A stretch of DNA of 46,405 nucleotides, from the NCBI GenBank assembly GCA_031256175.1, contig JAIRRC010000017.1:1-46405 (forward strand), written 5' to 3'. Shown piece after piece: positions 9,170 through 17,646 of the stretch. This DNA is from Rickettsiales bacterium (GTDB lineage: Bacteria; Pseudomonadota; Alphaproteobacteria; Rs-D84). The position numbers and the translations under genes were made by a program. Numbering within the stretch: the first letter of the stretch is position 1; every line of letters begins with the position of its first letter. The notes under the pieces are model-generated. The model did not search any database and was not told the origin of the DNA. It saw nothing but the letters and a program-made list of their open reading frames with translations.

Positions 9170-9985
9170 ATGCCCTCGCCCTTCCTGCGCAATTACGCGC
9201 TGCTGAAAATCCCCATCGTCCGCGAAGACGGCCAGCCCGCCTGGCCGGCTCTTTTCCCGGAAGACGAAATCCAAAGGCTGCGCGAAGTGGTGGGCCCCCG
9301 GCACTTCATGTCGCAAATGATGATGGAATTCGTGGCGCCGGAAAGGTCGCGGCTTGACCCTGGCGCGCTGACCGAATACGACATGGACTTCGACGCGGCG
9401 AACGCGCGGCTTGGTGAAATTTTGACGTCGGGATATTCTGCTTATTGGGACCCAAGCTCGGCGCGGCGCGGCGCGGACGGCAGCGTCGTCGCGCTCGTGC
9501 TGTTCCACCAGCAAACCCGGCGCGCGTTCATACACGACGTGCTCTACCTGCGCGTCGGCGATAACGATACGCACCCCATGGCGACGCAGGCCGAACAGGT
9601 CCTGAACTTTCTGCAAAAACATAAAATCAGACATCTGGGGATAGAGGTCAACGGCCTTGGCAACGCGCTTCCTGAAATATTGAGGGGAATAGCGGCGTCG
9701 CGGAATCAGCCGATAACGATAAACAGAATCACAAGCCACCGGAAAAAGGAAACCAGAATCCTGGAAGCCTTCGAACCATTGTTGTCGACCGGCCGCCTGT
9801 TCGTTTCGAAATCCGTGATGAACGGCGAACTCATAGGCGAAATGCAGGATTGGACTCCTATCGGTGCGAATATGGACGACGGGATAGACGCGGTCGCGGG
9901 CGCATTGTTGGCGCAACCAACCGCAACCCGAACGCGCGCGCAGCTTTTCACCTCCCGCACCGCCAACACCGATTTTACAATCTGA
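9170..9985 (+). CDS. Terminase large subunit, C-terminal RNase H-like nuclease domain only
   Basis: AWPALFP, FMSQMM, YWDPS..ADGS, GIEVNG, KETRI, DDGIDAVAGA; own RBS AAGGA. Confidence 0.85.
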   Translation: MPSPFLRNYALLKIPIVREDGQPAWPALFPEDEIQRLREVVGPRHFMSQMMMEFVAPERSRLDPGALTEYDMDFDAANARLGEILTSGYSAYWDPSSARRGADGSVVALVLFHQQTRRAFIHDVLYLRVGDNDTHPMATQAEQVLNFLQKHKIRHLGIEVNGLGNALPEILRGIAASRNQPITINRITSHRKKETRILEAFEPLLSTGRLFVSKSVMNGELIGEMQDWTPIGANMDDGIDAVAGALLAQPTATRTRAQLFTSRTANTDFTI

Positions 9986-9987
9986 TT

Positions 9988-10080
9988 GTCATCCCGGGCT
10001 TACCTGCCCGCCGAAGCCTCGGCGAAGGCTGGGACCCGGGACCTCATCCACACTCGTCACCCCGGCGACGGCCGGGGTCC
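9988..10080. repeat. Composite REP; near-identical copy at 45183-45276
   Basis: Direct sequence comparison; the second stem differs by compensatory changes. Confidence 0.85.
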
Positions 10081-10101
10081 ATTGTAAAATATCATTATTT
10101 A

Positions 10102-10110
10102 TGCTATACT
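10102..10110 (+). promoter_or_regulatory. Extended -10 (TGcTATACT) 6 nt before ATG; probable leaderless promoter
   Basis: TGCTATACT-TGCCCT-ATG; no Shine-Dalgarno visible. Confidence 0.45.
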
Positions 10111-10116
10111 TGCCCT

Positions 10117-10584
10117 ATGAAACACGAACTCGGTCGTTCTTTAATAGAAATGGTGGGCGTGCTGGCGATAGGCGGCATAATGACGGCGGCGGCGTTCCGG
10201 GCATTCCAAGTCATACAAACGAATCAGAACCGGTTGATAGCGGAAGACCAGCTGCGCGACGTCGCTAACAATGCGAAGATTCTTTTCTCGGGCCGGAAAA
10301 GTTTTGAAAACATCTCGGCGGGATACTTGATAAAAGCCGGGGCGATGAAAATCGACCGGGTGAAGATAGGCGGCGCGATGACGATAACCGCCCTTCCATC
10401 CGACAAAAATTCACCCAAATCGTTCGAGATAAGAATACCTGAAATCAATAATTCGGATTGCCTGTATTTCGCGACGAAGAAATTGGATTTCGTGGGCATG
10501 CTGAAAGTGAACGGCTACGAGCAAACCCCCTCGTCCTATTGCCAAGACGCCGCCGCGAACGAATTGTCGTTTATAATTAAATAG
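10117..10584 (+). CDS. Type IV pilin-like protein (PilS-like)
   Basis: MKHELG|RSLIEMVGVLAIGGIM prepilin-type N-terminus with Glu at +5; C-terminal Cys pair. Confidence 0.75.
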   Translation: MKHELGRSLIEMVGVLAIGGIMTAAAFRAFQVIQTNQNRLIAEDQLRDVANNAKILFSGRKSFENISAGYLIKAGAMKIDRVKIGGAMTITALPSDKNSPKSFEIRIPEINNSDCLYFATKKLDFVGMLKVNGYEQTPSSYCQDAAANELSFIIK

Positions 10585-10699
10585 CCTGTTGTCATCCTCG
10601 CACTTCCTCAATCGTCATACTGGCGAAGGCCAGTATCCAGTAATAACTATCATCCATTGTCATCCCCGATTTAATCGGGGACCTCATCATCATACTCAC

Positions 10700-11210
10700 A
10701 ACAAAACAAAAACTTCTTCGCCGAACCATCCGCCAATTCGGAAATAAAGATGCGAATTGTCCTGACCGCGTTCAAATTATGGTTGAAAGACAATAAAACG
10801 AAGAAAAACCTATCATATATCGATTTGTTCGCCGGACAAGGGATATACGACGACGGAACATTATCGACGCCGGTCCGCGTCTTGCAGGAAATCTGCGAAA
10901 CGCGCACGCTGACAGAAAAATTCGACATAATCCTGAACGACCGCAACCCGGAATATATGGCCAAACTTCGCCGGACCATAGCAAACGTTAGAAATGCGAA
11001 ATATATAAAATCTTTGACGACTTCCAACACATTGGCCGAGAAACAAATAAATGCCATTGCTTGCCGTTCAAATTCAAAATGGACGGCACGCTGAAAACCA
11101 GCCATTACGTCATTTTCATAATCCGCGATAAGAAAAGATTCGACAGAACAAAAACCGCATTAAAACAATTTGCAAACCATGCGGGCGATGTCCTATGCTA
11201 TAAACCATGA
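10700..11210 (+). pseudogene. Degraded three-Cys-motif partner (TcmP-like) gene
   Basis: NFFAEPSANSEIK..YIDLFAGQG.Y..G...TP in one frame with no upstream ATG; LPFKF...TSHYVIF C-terminal remnant in another frame from 11061, ending TGA 11208-11210 overlapping the next ATG. Confidence 0.65.
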
Positions 11211-11941
11211 GCGAACATTCGAATATAGATTGGACGACTTCGACTTGGAACCCTTTGGTCGGCTGCACGAAATACAGCGACGGGTGCGCGAACTGCTACG
11301 CCGCGCCTATTGCGGAGCGGTTCCGCCAGCAAGGCGTCAAGGGCTACGAGAACGGATTCGAACTGACCCTTCGGCCCGAGCGTCTGGAAATCCCGTTGCA
11401 TTGGAAAAAACCGCGGCTGATTTTTGTGGACTCTATGTGCGACCTGTTCCACGACGACGTGCCGCTGGAATACATCCGACGCGTCTTCGAAATCATGAAG
11501 CGCGCGAACTGGCACCAGTATCAGATACTGACCAAACGCAGCGCGCGCATGAAGGAACTGGCAAATGAACTCGAATGGTTGCCGAACATTTGGGCGGGTA
11601 TAACGATAGAGTCCGACAAATACCGCAGCCGCATTGATGACTTGCAAGCGACGCCGGCGAAACACAAATGGCTTTCGCTTGAGCCGCTGTTGTCGCCGAT
11701 TCCGAGGCTGAACTTGACTGGCATAGAATGGGTTATCGCAGGCGGCGAATCCGGCCCGAACGCGCGGCCGATGGAAATCGACTGGATACGCGAAATCAGG
11801 GATCAGGCGCGCGAACAGGGCGCGGCGTTCTGGTTCAAACAGACGAGCGAATCTGGCGGCAGCAACAATCCGCCCGTGCTGGACGGAAAATTCTATAAGG
11901 AATTCCCGAAGTTCGAATCCGGAGCCATAAGCTTATTCTAA
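11207..11941 (+). CDS. Phage Gp37/Gp68 family (DUF5131) three-Cys protein
   Basis: SNIDWT..TWNP..GCTKYSDGCANCYA, FVDSMCDLFH, YQILTKR, SLEPLL, WVIAGGESGP. Confidence 0.92.
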   Translation: MSEHSNIDWTTSTWNPLVGCTKYSDGCANCYAAPIAERFRQQGVKGYENGFELTLRPERLEIPLHWKKPRLIFVDSMCDLFHDDVPLEYIRRVFEIMKRANWHQYQILTKRSARMKELANELEWLPNIWAGITIESDKYRSRIDDLQATPAKHKWLSLEPLLSPIPRLNLTGIEWVIAGGESGPNARPMEIDWIREIRDQAREQGAAFWFKQTSESGGSNNPPVLDGKFYKEFPKFESGAISLF

Positions 11942-11961
11942 TCTTGAAACAATAAACCCTC

Positions 11962-11982
11962 ATCGCCCGCCTTGCGGGCGAT
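11962..11982. terminator. Stem-loop after DUF5131 gene
   Basis: ATCGCCCGC-CTT-GCGGGCGAT 9-bp stem. Confidence 0.45.
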
Positions 11983-12015
11983 TCTCATTTCACAACCACA
12001 ACCAAAGGAAAAAAC

Positions 12016-13380
12016 ATGAACATACTCGATATGTATAAGAAAGCGGTCACCGAACGCAGCGACTGGCTTAACCGCTGGACGGCGTGCAAGAAATACGCGC
12101 AGCCCGAAAGCGACGCGGATTCTGCGGCCCTGTTCGACAGCACCGCGGCGGACGCGGCGGAATTGTTGGCCGGCGCGATGTTCGGCATGATAACGCCGCC
12201 GGAAAGCGAATGGCTGAATCTTACGGACGACAATCCGGAAAGCCTGGCGGAACAGACTGCGGAAACGATTTTGCGCCAGCATTTGAACAATTCGAATTTT
12301 TATACGACTATACACCAGTGCTACTTGGACCTCGCCATACTCGGCACCGCGTGCCTGTTGTTCTCGGAAAACCCGATTGGCAGCGCAAGCGCGTTCAATT
12401 TCCAGGCGCTTCCGATGAAGGACATAGCGGTGCTGCGCGACGCTTCGGACAAGGTAAGCGCGGTGTTCTACGCGACCTCGATGGCGATGCGGAATATCGC
12501 GGAAAAATATCCGTCATGGACGCCGCCGTCGAAAATGAAGGATAGCGCGGACGCGCAAATAAGAATAATCCAAAGCGTGGTTGAAACGGACGGCAAATGG
12601 AAAATGACGGCCTGGGCGGACACGGACGGGAAATTTGAAAACAACATCTTGGAAACGGGCGAGTTCAAAATGAATCCGTTCATCGTGTTCAGATGGTCCG
12701 CGGCGACGGGCGAAACATACGGCCGAAGCCCGGTCATGCGCGCCCTGCCCGACATCAAAACCGCGAACAAAGTCGTCGAGCTCGTCTTGAAGAACGCGAG
12801 CATTTCAGTCGCCGGGATTTGGCAGGCGGACGACGACGGCGTGATAAACCTTTCGAATATCAGTTTGATTCCTGGCGCGATAATCCCGAAAGCTGTGGGC
12901 TCTGCGGGGCTGACGCCTCTGCGAAGCGGGGCGGACTTCGACGTGTCGCAGCTTGTGCTTGGCGACCTTCGCGCGCGCATACGGACGGCGCTCTTGGCGG
13001 ACAAGCTTTCCAGCATGACGGATAAAGTTATGACCGCGACGGAAGTGCTGGCGCGGAACATGGACATGCTTCGCGTCCTTGGCGCGACATACGGAAGGCT
13101 TCTGTTCGAAATGATAACGCCGATAGCGAACCGCGGACTTTACATATTGTCGCGGCGCGGATTTATATCGGACGTGAAAATAGGCTCGAACGTGAAGCTG
13201 CGCTGCACCTCGCCGATATCGAAATTGTCCGGCTCGGAACAGGCGGCGCAGGTCTTGAATTGGATAGAAGGCATGACAAGCGCGGGCATGGCCGGCCGGA
13301 TAAATTCCGACGCGGCATTCACCTGGCTTGCGGACACGCTCAAAATCCCGCAGCAATTAATCGCAAAGACCGAGGTGTAA
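12016..13380 (+). CDS. Phage portal / head-tail connector (T7-like)
   Basis: LFDSTA, SNFY...Y.DL...GT, PFIVFRW...GETYGRSP...LPDIK, MTATEV; RBS AAGGA. Confidence 0.9.
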   Translation: MNILDMYKKAVTERSDWLNRWTACKKYAQPESDADSAALFDSTAADAAELLAGAMFGMITPPESEWLNLTDDNPESLAEQTAETILRQHLNNSNFYTTIHQCYLDLAILGTACLLFSENPIGSASAFNFQALPMKDIAVLRDASDKVSAVFYATSMAMRNIAEKYPSWTPPSKMKDSADAQIRIIQSVVETDGKWKMTAWADTDGKFENNILETGEFKMNPFIVFRWSAATGETYGRSPVMRALPDIKTANKVVELVLKNASISVAGIWQADDDGVINLSNISLIPGAIIPKAVGSAGLTPLRSGADFDVSQLVLGDLRARIRTALLADKLSSMTDKVMTATEVLARNMDMLRVLGATYGRLLFEMITPIANRGLYILSRRGFISDVKIGSNVKLRCTSPISKLSGSEQAAQVLNWIEGMTSAGMAGRINSDAAFTWLADTLKIPQQLIAKTEV

Positions 13381-13572
13381 ATGGAGAAAAATTATACCCA
13401 ATGCTTCAACACGCACCCGGGCGCGCAGGTCTTGAAACACCTGCGCTCGATAACGATTGAAAGATACCTTGGCGCGAACGCGACCGAGGCGGAGCTTAGA
13501 ACATTGGAAGCCCAGCGCGCCCTGGTCCACCAAATCGAAACGCAAATCGAACGCGGGAAAAACAACCCATAA
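13381..13572 (+). CDS. Small portal-adjacent phage protein (Bbp19-like)
   Basis: Y..CF....G..VL.HL....EAQRALV..I pattern; directly after portal; RBS GAGGTG. Confidence 0.65.
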   Translation: MEKNYTQCFNTHPGAQVLKHLRSITIERYLGANATEAELRTLEAQRALVHQIETQIERGKNNP

Positions 13573-13624
13573 ATTGTCATCCCCGATTTAATCGGGGAAC
13601 TCATCAACTCGTAAGGAATGCACG

Positions 13625-14074
13625 ATGCGAACTAGCGAAACTGGCCTCGGCCTCATAAAAAAACACGAAGGCCTTCGGCTCGCGCCGTATAAATGTCCGG
13701 CGGGGCTGTGGACAATCGGCTATGGGCACTTGATATTGCCGGGCGAAAATTTCGGCGGACCGATAACGCAAGAGGAGGCCTCGGGCCTCCTCCGCAAGGA
13801 TATCGAAACCGCCGAAACGGCAATCGTGAAAAACGTCTTGGTCCCGCTGAAACAAAACCGGTTCGACGCGCTCGTGTCGCTCGTCTTCAACATCGGCGCC
13901 GCCGCGTTCCGCGATTCGACAATTCTTCGCTACGTGAATAATCCGGACTTCAAAAGCGGAAAATATCCCACGATGGGAAGCGCCTGGCTGGCCTGGAATA
14001 AAGCGGGCGGCAAAGAACTTCCGGGCCTAACCCTCCGCCGCACGGATGAATGGAATTTATATCAAAAGTGCTGA
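13625..14074 (+). CDS. Phage-type lysozyme (GH24)
   Basis: IKKHEGLRL..Y.CPAG.WTIGYGH, FDALVSLVFNIG, LPGL..RR..E. Confidence 0.92.
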   Translation: MRTSETGLGLIKKHEGLRLAPYKCPAGLWTIGYGHLILPGENFGGPITQEEASGLLRKDIETAETAIVKNVLVPLKQNRFDALVSLVFNIGAAAFRDSTILRYVNNPDFKSGKYPTMGSAWLAWNKAGGKELPGLTLRRTDEWNLYQKC

Positions 14075-15951
14075 ACGAACCGCGCGGATAATCCGGTTCC
14101 GAATTTATCAAGCTGATAGAAATATTCGAATTGCAGGGCGGTGTCGATTTGCCGGTTGCGGCCGATAAGCCATGTAAGCCTGTTGGTGATTCCCGCGCTT
14201 CCGTATTCCTGCGTGGCGGCGTTCGCGAACAATTCGAGATTGTCCTTGCCGAATGAAAGATAGTTCGCGAATCCGAATTTCATCCCGGCCGATTGGAATT
14301 TTGTGTTAATGTCGGCGGTCGCGAAAGCATAGAATAAATCGTCGTCGTCGCTGATGACGAAGCTTTTTCCGAACCCAAGGTTCGCGCCGAAAGCGACGCC
14401 TTCGCGTTGCCATGTCTTCACGTTCTTGAAAGACCAAAATCCAGCGCCGGCTTCCCACGACCAGCCGTGGAACAAGGCGACGTCGGGATTCATGGATATA
14501 AGGCTTGCGAATACGAATCTTTCGAAATTGATTCCGTCCGTGCCGGCGCTGCCCTCGAAATTAAGGGCGCTGATTTCGGACCATTTGTTCATGCCGAAAT
14601 CGTCGTCCATGAATTTGTGATAAGCCGGCGCGAATCCAAGCGTCCCGCGCGCTCCGAAATTATCGGCGGAAACGCCCGCGGACGCCGACATGATTCGGTG
14701 CGCGTCATAAGCGGGCTCCAGCGGCGCCTTGTCCTCGAAGAACGGGCCGTATCCGCGCAGCCCGCGGCGAATATAGAGCAAATCGAAATTCTTCTCGCGC
14801 ATTTCTTCTTCCGAAATTTTCCCATGCGCAAGGTTGTATTGATTCATGTCGAAAAGAATCTCGACGACGCGCGCCTTTGATTTCACGTCGGGCAAAGCGT
14901 CCAAACCCTGAACGCCGTTCCAGTTTTCTATGACGTGCTTTTCTTCTGGCGTAAGCTCCTTCCATCGCTCGCTGACCCTGCCCTGCATGGACAGGCGCAG
15001 CTTTCCGGAAATGACCATGGGTTCTATGGTGCGCATGACTTCGGTTGGGAAAATGGCGCCGCCCTTGTTTTCTTCTATCAAAGGATTCACGACGCGGAGC
15101 AAATCGATGACGGCGCTGCTGCAATTGACGTCCATGAAATAATAGTCGGCATAGACATATGCAAGCTCCCACATATGCTTCTTCAAAAATTCGACCTTTT
15201 CATAAGGAACATTAAGCTTGAATTCTTGGAGGTTGCGGTTGTCGATTACGCCATAGACTTTTATCTTCTCGTAATAAGGCGCGATGGTCCAGATTCCGGG
15301 ATAGCCGCCCGTGAAACCCATCCATGCGAAACTTATGGAATTGTATTGTTCTGGGGTTATGGCGGCGAAATTTATGGTTGTGCTGCCGAAAATATTTTCA
15401 TCCTGGTCTATGCGAAGGAAAGTGTGTCCGAACATGGAAGACGGATTCGACAAGGTGTTGGAAGCGAAAATAATGGAAACCGAATCGCCCATCATGCGGG
15501 CGCGCCATTGTTCGTAGTTTGGGCAGCCGACGCGCGGGAATTGCACGCCGAGCGCGCCTTCAAGAAAATCGAGCCGCGCGGGAAACATGCAGACGGGGTG
15601 CTGTTTAAGGAAGGTGGATTTGAATCCGCCCTTGAATTCGCGCTCTATGTTGTGTGGCGAAACATAAGGGCTGAAAAACCCGCGGATGGTCGCTTCCAGT
15701 TCCGCGGCGGGGTCGCGCCGCCCGTCTTCGCCAAGCCAGAATTCCGGGTCGGTTATGACGGACTCGTTGGTGTTGTAGTGAAGCAAAGCGCGCCATACGG
15801 GATGGCTCGCGACATTTTGTTCCTTGGCGCCCGCGATGATTTTTTCTATGCGGTCTTCTTTTCCCGCGAACACCGGCATAGAGAATAAAATTATTGTCAT
15901 TCCCGCGACGGCGGGAATCCCAAATCGTAAAAATCCTTTCAACTTTTTCAT
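14062..15951 (-). CDS. DUF4105 / Lnb-like outer-membrane protein
   Basis: W..LLHY, CMFPAR, SSMFGHTFLRID, YYFMDVNCS; beta-strand-rich C-terminus ending in Phe; signal peptide from ATG 15951. Confidence 0.8.
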   Translation of the reverse strand: MKKLKGFLRFGIPAVAGMTIILFSMPVFAGKEDRIEKIIAGAKEQNVASHPVWRALLHYNTNESVITDPEFWLGEDGRRDPAAELEATIRGFFSPYVSPHNIEREFKGGFKSTFLKQHPVCMFPARLDFLEGALGVQFPRVGCPNYEQWRARMMGDSVSIIFASNTLSNPSSMFGHTFLRIDQDENIFGSTTINFAAITPEQYNSISFAWMGFTGGYPGIWTIAPYYEKIKVYGVIDNRNLQEFKLNVPYEKVEFLKKHMWELAYVYADYYFMDVNCSSAVIDLLRVVNPLIEENKGGAIFPTEVMRTIEPMVISGKLRLSMQGRVSERWKELTPEEKHVIENWNGVQGLDALPDVKSKARVVEILFDMNQYNLAHGKISEEEMREKNFDLLYIRRGLRGYGPFFEDKAPLEPAYDAHRIMSASAGVSADNFGARGTLGFAPAYHKFMDDDFGMNKWSEISALNFEGSAGTDGINFERFVFASLISMNPDVALFHGWSWEAGAGFWSFKNVKTWQREGVAFGANLGFGKSFVISDDDDLFYAFATADINTKFQSAGMKFGFANYLSFGKDNLELFANAATQEYGSAGITNRLTWLIGRNRQIDTALQFEYFYQLDKFGTGLSARFVQHF

Positions 15952-15999
15952 AATGGGCAGTATATACCGCGAAATTCCACCGGTCAAATGAATAAGACC

Positions 16000-16267
16000 C
16001 GAAAAATCCTAGCGAAATCGCAAAATCGAGGATAGAACGTCGAATAGCCGGCAAACACGGCCGACGGCTAGGCTTGCCGCTCCTGCGGCGGCCGGGTTTG
16101 CGAAGCTAGTCGGCGTTATAGACCGACAGCGAGCGTATAAGCGCACAACGAACGGCGTTGTTAGCCGTGAGTTGATGTGCGCGTCGCGAGATGACTGCGG
16201 GTGGTGTGCACAAGACTTACACGAACGCCTTGCTAGCAGAATTTGAAAAATTGAGCGGGATTTTTCG
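16000..16267. mobile_element. MITE/RPE-like structured element, 268 bp
   Basis: Perfect 10-bp TIR CGAAAAATCC/GGATTTTTCG; left end AAAAATCCTAGCGAAATCGC nearly identical to the 4386 element. Confidence 0.6.
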
Positions 16268-16272
16268 TCATA

Positions 16273-16614
16273 TCACAACATATTCTTGAAATGTTTGACG
16301 GAAAGCCCGGCGACAACGATGACATCGAACCGCGCGTCCATACCTCGCCCGCGCTTGGCCAGCCAGCCTTCCGCCGCGCGGCGCAAACGAATTTGTTGCG
16401 CGGGCGCAATGGCATATAAACCCTCGTCCACGCTCCGCCGCGCTTTGACTTCGACGAAAACAACGATATTTCCGCGCCGCGCGATTATGTCGATTTCAGC
16501 GCCGCCGGTTCCCGCGCCGGTCCTGTATCGTTTCTCCAAAATGACATAACCCTTGAAGCGCAATAACATGGCCGCCAGCCATTCTGCGAACAAACCCTTC
16601 TTATATCTGTCCAA
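16273..16614 (-). CDS. yraN: YraN family (UPF0102) nuclease-like protein
   Basis: G..AE..A...L..KGY, EIDIIA, VFVEVKAR, RFDVI. Confidence 0.92.
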   Translation of the reverse strand: MDRYKKGLFAEWLAAMLLRFKGYVILEKRYRTGAGTGGAEIDIIARRGNIVVFVEVKARRSVDEGLYAIAPAQQIRLRRAAEGWLAKRGRGMDARFDVIVVAGLSVKHFKNML

Positions 16615-16672
16615 CTTTCCTCACTTGTCATGGTCGGGCTAAGACCCGACCACCCTATAACTATTATCATTA

Positions 16673-17578
16673 TTAAAACGAATAAGGCTTTGCACGGAAC
16701 CTCTCGCGCGAATCGTCATAGTTGTCGAGATTGTCCCTGTTCTTCAATTCATTGTCGACCAAGCCAAGCTCTCCATAACCTGCGCGCATGAAAGGGTCGG
16801 CGGGATTGTCGCTCGACACCCAGAATTCGTTCCCGGAATTCGGCGCCCCGTATTTTTCGAGAATCATCTGCCAAAAGGCCAGGATTTTTTTCTCGCGCTG
16901 GTTTGCGAATTTTTGCGCGTCGCCGGGCTTGGAATTGACGTCGTTGGAATATTCGACCTTCCAAACGACGTTTCCTGTGGCGTTCGAAGTGAAATGGGCG
17001 GCAATCTTCTCGCCTGTCTCTGGCCGTTCCAAACGCATGGTCTCGGGATAAAGGAATCCGCGTTTTTTGGCGGCGGTCTTTATGCAGTTGTCCAGTTCCG
17101 CGGGCGCGTTGATTTTTTGCAAACGGCACTCGTAGTCCAAATTGTCGCGCCAGTTTTCCGGTATGGAATATACGATGGAGTTCTTCTTGGCCGGCGTGTA
17201 GATTCCGGCCTCGCGGAAGAATTGGATACGGACGCTCTCGAACGGCATGCCGAGCATGATTCCGGCAATGTCGAAATCGCGGACATCGGCGAAGGACGAA
17301 TTTGCGTTAAGCGGAAAACTCATGGGCAGATTGGCGAACAAGTCGAATTCCGCCGCGGACTGCGAAACGCTGCCTTCAAGCATGTCGCCCCCGCCGCCTG
17401 CGAAACCGCCGCCTTCAAGCATGTCGCCCCCGCCGCCTGCGAAACCGCCGCCGCTTTCGCCGGCGTCATATCCGCCGTCGTCCAGGAAGGGCGCGTCGTC
17501 GTAATATTCTTCCTCGGCCCGCGCGGCAGGCACGGCGAGAGCGAAAGCAACGATAAAAACCAAAACCTTCTTTAACAT
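16673..17578 (-). CDS. Exported hypothetical protein
   Basis: Signal peptide (..AVPAARA), acidic Gly-rich N-terminal region, FDIAGIMLGM motif. Confidence 0.75.
   Translation of the reverse strand: MLKKVLVFIVAFALAVPAARAEEEYYDDAPFLDDGGYDAGESGGGFAGGGGDMLEGGGFAGGGGDMLEGSVSQSAAEFDLFANLPMSFPLNANSSFADVRDFDIAGIMLGMPFESVRIQFFREAGIYTPAKKNSIVYSIPENWRDNLDYECRLQKINAPAELDNCIKTAAKKRGFLYPETMRLERPETGEKIAAHFTSNATGNVVWKVEYSNDVNSKPGDAQKFANQREKKILAFWQMILEKYGAPNSGNEFWVSSDNPADPFMRAGYGELGLVDNELKNRDNLDNYDDSRERFRAKPYSF
17372..17452. repeat. Exact 39-bp tandem duplication (13 aa GGGFAGGGGDMLE)
   Basis: GCCTTCAAGCATGTCGCCCCCGCCGCCTGCGAAACCGCC x2. Confidence 0.9.
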
Positions 17579-17646
17579 ATTTTACCCTGTCATGCCGACG
17601 AAGGTCGGCATCTCAAATCGTATTATCCATTTTCCCCGCCGTCGTT

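Noticed and set aside
81..14074. Intact inducible prophage
   Set aside because: Interrupted by dnaB and other host-type genes; no integrase, repressor, replication module or att sites visible in the window
16000..16625. RNase P, SRP, tmRNA or 6S RNA near yraN
   Set aside because: GAGGAAAGT at ~16614-16622 (minus) is just the yraN RBS/start; no other conserved motifs of these RNAs recognised
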